Shown here: positions 61,064 through 64,000 of the stretch, one piece after another | How the letters are laid out: each line of letters begins with the position of its first letter | Numbering within the stretch: the first letter of the stretch is position 1 | DNA from: an uncultured bacterium | GTDB lineage: Bacteria > Actinomycetota > Acidimicrobiia > Spongiisociales > UBA5794 | Length of the DNA: 64,000 nt | Direction: 5' to 3' | NCBI GenBank assembly: GCA_963777645.1 | Contig: CAVZRA010000001.1 | Location: 669-64,668 of the forward strand | Made by a program: the position numbers and the translations under genes | The notes under the pieces: model-generated | Told to the model about the DNA's origin: nothing | The model's database searches: none | Seen by the model: only the letters and a program-made list of their open reading frames with translations

Positions 61064-62516
61064 TCACATGAATAGCCGATACGGGTAGACCTCGCCGTCG
61101 TAGATCGGGGACGTTCGCGATTGTTCGGCGAGACGCTGCGAGTACCGCACAGTCACCGGTACAGGGTCATAAAGGGCATCGTTGTTCCAATCCATCTTCG
61201 TCAAGGCGAGCGCTTCAAGTGCTCCCAACTCGAGCGGTCCGCGGCCAACGTGTCGCGTGAGGAGCAGGGGCGTTGGAATGCTCTTGCCCCCTTGGTAGAA
61301 GCTGTCGCTCGTCGATACAGACGGAGCGTTGCCAGCTACCCAGAGGAGCAGCGCCGTTCCGCTCAACGGTGCCATCGTCCCGCGTCGTACTGGATATCTG
61401 TCGGCTTCGCTCTTCTTCTTTTGGTCCTGCGAAGACCTGAGCCATACGCCGCGCCATGCGACGCGTGCCGTCGTTATCTCGATGCATTCCATCTCGTCCA
61501 CTGCAGCGAGGGCATCAGACGCACCAGCAATCTCATCGAGGCGAAACGGCGTCGTTTTGTGGATGACGACTCGCTTGGGAAGGCTACCGCCGTTGCGCCG
61601 CTGGTAGAGCTTCAGGCTGCGCGCGAGGACTGCGCGGATGTCATCTCGGGACAGGTACGGGTTTCGGCGGGCGGTCGAGACCTCATCAATCGGGTCTCGA
61701 GCGCCGTAGGCGACAAATGCATTCCTCCGCCATCGGCATCGAAGACCTGTGAGCAGCAGGTTACGAACTGTGCGCCATCCGATTGGCCGCGAAGGGCGTA
61801 TGCGAGACCGATGTAGGCAGTCCCATCGGCGCACCCTCTATCGGCGCAGCTTCCATGGTGGACCACCTGCCTTGGCATAGATTGCGATAGCAAGGCGCCA
61901 CGCGTGATGCCACGTACGGAAGGTCAACGTGCTGTCGTTGATTACCTGCGTCGGATTCCAGCAGCGGCCCCTAGAGCCTTGAGTTCATCGTGCGCATCGA
62001 AGCCCTCGGACCGGAATCCTGGCTCCACGTGTCGGGCAGATGTAGACCGCAACGTCAAACGCGTCGCGGACCATTGAAGAGGCGGCCCATGAGATTCACA
62101 AAGGCGTCACGGACTCGCATCTGGGCTCTTCCGCAGAGCTGTTGATCTGGCCCAGGGTTTCAGCCAGTGAGATCTGCGCTTCAGGGCCAGCCGGCACGAG
62201 TTCCCGCCGAACGGTGCCATGAAGCCGGCATAGGCAGGCACGTAGTCCTTGCGGTCCGCTGGACCGTGCGGCTCACGAAGGCTGGCTAGAAGCCGTCTTC
62301 GAGGCCTCGGCACGCCGATCCGGTCCGGCGATTCCGATCCGTATCTTTGGGGTGAACGCCGGGAGAGCGTCCTTCGAATGCAGGGCCCAAACTAACTACG
62401 GCCGCGCACAGAGCGGATGCGGGTCGAAGCCGTAGGAGTTGTCAGCGGCGAATGCGAGAAGTGGCTCAGAGAGCCGGGATGAGATTTACGGGGGCGGCTT
62501 CGATGAGATCAGCCAT
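61064..62516 (-). CDS. Short prokaryotic Argonaute (MID-PIWI, predicted catalytically inactive), multiple frameshifts
   Basis: About 480 codons. Fragments read LSEPLLAF...HPL..FGP, DYVPAYAGF, TAYIGLAY...CCSQVFDADGGG, RVVIHKTTPF, RGT, LALTKMDWNN, PVTVRYS, YPYRLFM. Confidence 0.88.
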
Positions 62517-62517
62517 C

Positions 62518-64000
62518 TCAACGTCCGGTCCGGGCTACGGCCCACCGGCGCACCACGCGGTCTCGAACGACAGACGGAAGGACGCCTCGATGCCGTCGCG
62601 GCCCGCGGAACTCGATCGCAGACTGTGCTTCTTGTCCGGAAACGAGCAGTCCTGCCCAAGCATCGAGAATGGCAGACCATTCTGGTTGTAGCGTCTCGCC
62701 CAGCGCTCCCTTCGCCAATCACCTGCCGGGTTACCAACGCGGCGGGGGGTTGGCAACCTCTTTGTCGTTCGCACCGTTGGGCTGCCTGTCGAGGGAAGTC
62801 GACCCAAGTAAGGGAATGAATACACACCACCATTAAAAATCGTGTGCAAATTCCAACTGGATCCGAACGCCTTCTGCGAATGCGAACTCAGACCCCGGGC
62901 ACCGAGCCAACGAGGAGTCACTGTGCCTGCCGCAGTGGACGCAATCTAAGCGACCTGATTCTGCGCCTCGATTGGCTGGACGAATCGGGTCGTCGCACGG
63001 CGGCGGGGAGCGTGGCCCCGCCCTCTCGAATCGGCCTGAGCGGCCTCCCCCGACAAACGCTCTCGCAAGGCATTCGTACAGCATGCCGAGAGCTAGCGAG
63101 TCGCTACTGGATCTAGTCGGGAGCTACTCCGTCGAGAGTGCCGGGCCCCCGGGAAAGGTTCGAATGCCTTCTGGATATCGTCGTCTGCGCCGAACGCAAA
63201 AAACCTCCCGACCGCGCGGCCGCAACGACACCCAGGATACCGGCCGCTCTAGTGCATCGCCGGCGGTTGGAGGTCGTCATGGGCTGGCTCAGCCGATGAG
63301 CCGCGCCTGATCTGGCGATGTCCGGTACAGGTAGCGCCAGAGCAGCGCAGAACAGGAATGGCGCAGCCTCAAGCCTCGAGACGCGAACTGGCTGTGCCAG
63401 CTTCGGGCGGTCGCGCCTTCGATACGCTGGCCAGAGAGCGAATCGGCAGTGCGATTTGTGATCGATGTCGGCGCTGAGTTCGTCGAACGTTCTGAAGTCC
63501 TGGTCACTGTGCGTCGACTCCCCACGATTCAGCCCATTTCCATGAATGAGCTGACTGATCGAGCGGCTCATGCCCGCTCCGGAGAACCCATCGAAGGCCG
63601 GGTGCGAATGGGGACGGCCCGTCGAGCGATCGGATGCGTATGATGGACTGGTCCGACGGCTTAACCCACAACGATCAAGCCGAAGCGGTTCGGCGTCAAC
63701 AAGAACGTCGCGTAAGCTGAGCATCCTGAGATTGGAGTTCGGCCGTCGTGTTCTTGAGCCGAACTGACTGATAGTCCCCGTGAAGTTTCACGAGCAGAGG
63801 CCAGGCCGATTCGTGCATGCACCTTACGGCGCGTTTTGCCGAATCGAGTGCTGCGACGGTGAGGTGCACCTGCTCTTCGACCGGCAGGACGTCAGATGCA
63901 ATAGTCGCCGACCGTTCGATGAGCGGGTCGAATTGGTTGTGAACAGGCATCTCGTCTGCCCTGAAGCAATCATCGCTGCGAGCACCGGTGTCCAAATGAT
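62518..64000 (-). CDS. SIR2-APAZ NADase partner of the short pAgo (5' end outside the window, frameshifted)
   Basis: SIR2-like N(Q)FDPLIE, LVKLHGDYQSVRLKNT..EL..QD and a broken GLIVVG(YSGR)D. APAZ-like AEGVRIQLE and DWRRERWARRYN..WSAILDAW. Stop codon 1 nt before the pAgo ATG. Confidence 0.82.

Larger units (their letters stand above)
51039..64000. mobile_element. Probable tRNA-Pro-integrated genomic/defence island (right end outside the window)
   Basis: Core gene order stops at the tRNA; a phage-type integrase and defence/RNA-repair cargo follow; no second att copy seen. Confidence 0.65.

Overview
High-GC actinobacterial chromosome segment. Gene content and order suggest an Acidimicrobiia-like organism (inference). 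About 1-50 kb is mostly core genes: a complete Pup-proteasome locus (trmI, arc, dop, pup, prcBA, pafA, pafBC), tat/helY, tlyA-nadK-recN-pyrG-xerD, scpAB-rluB-aroA-cmk, ispH, der, an acyl-CoA carboxylase subunit and a small ars cluster. Embedded in it are a DUF222-HNH nuclease bracketed by a duplicated ispH start, and a DUF559 nuclease next to a tandem array of palindromic REP-like units, with a second inverted cluster 4.3 kb away. Several PafBC-type promoter motifs are visible. After a tRNA-Pro(GGG) at 50962-51038 a probable integrated defence island runs off the window end. It carries (i) a 983-aa membrane protein whose C-terminus resembles an HK97/encapsulin capsid fold, (ii) a tyrosine integrase, (iii) a Hen1-Pnkp RNA-repair operon bracketed by two copies of a palindromic recombination-like site, (iv) a SEC-C protein, and (v) a SIR2-APAZ plus short prokaryotic Argonaute (SPARSA-type) pair. 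Many genes, especially beyond 54.6 kb, are frameshifted. This probably reflects uncorrected sequencing indels, so coordinates there are approximate. All family calls are by motif recognition, with no database search.
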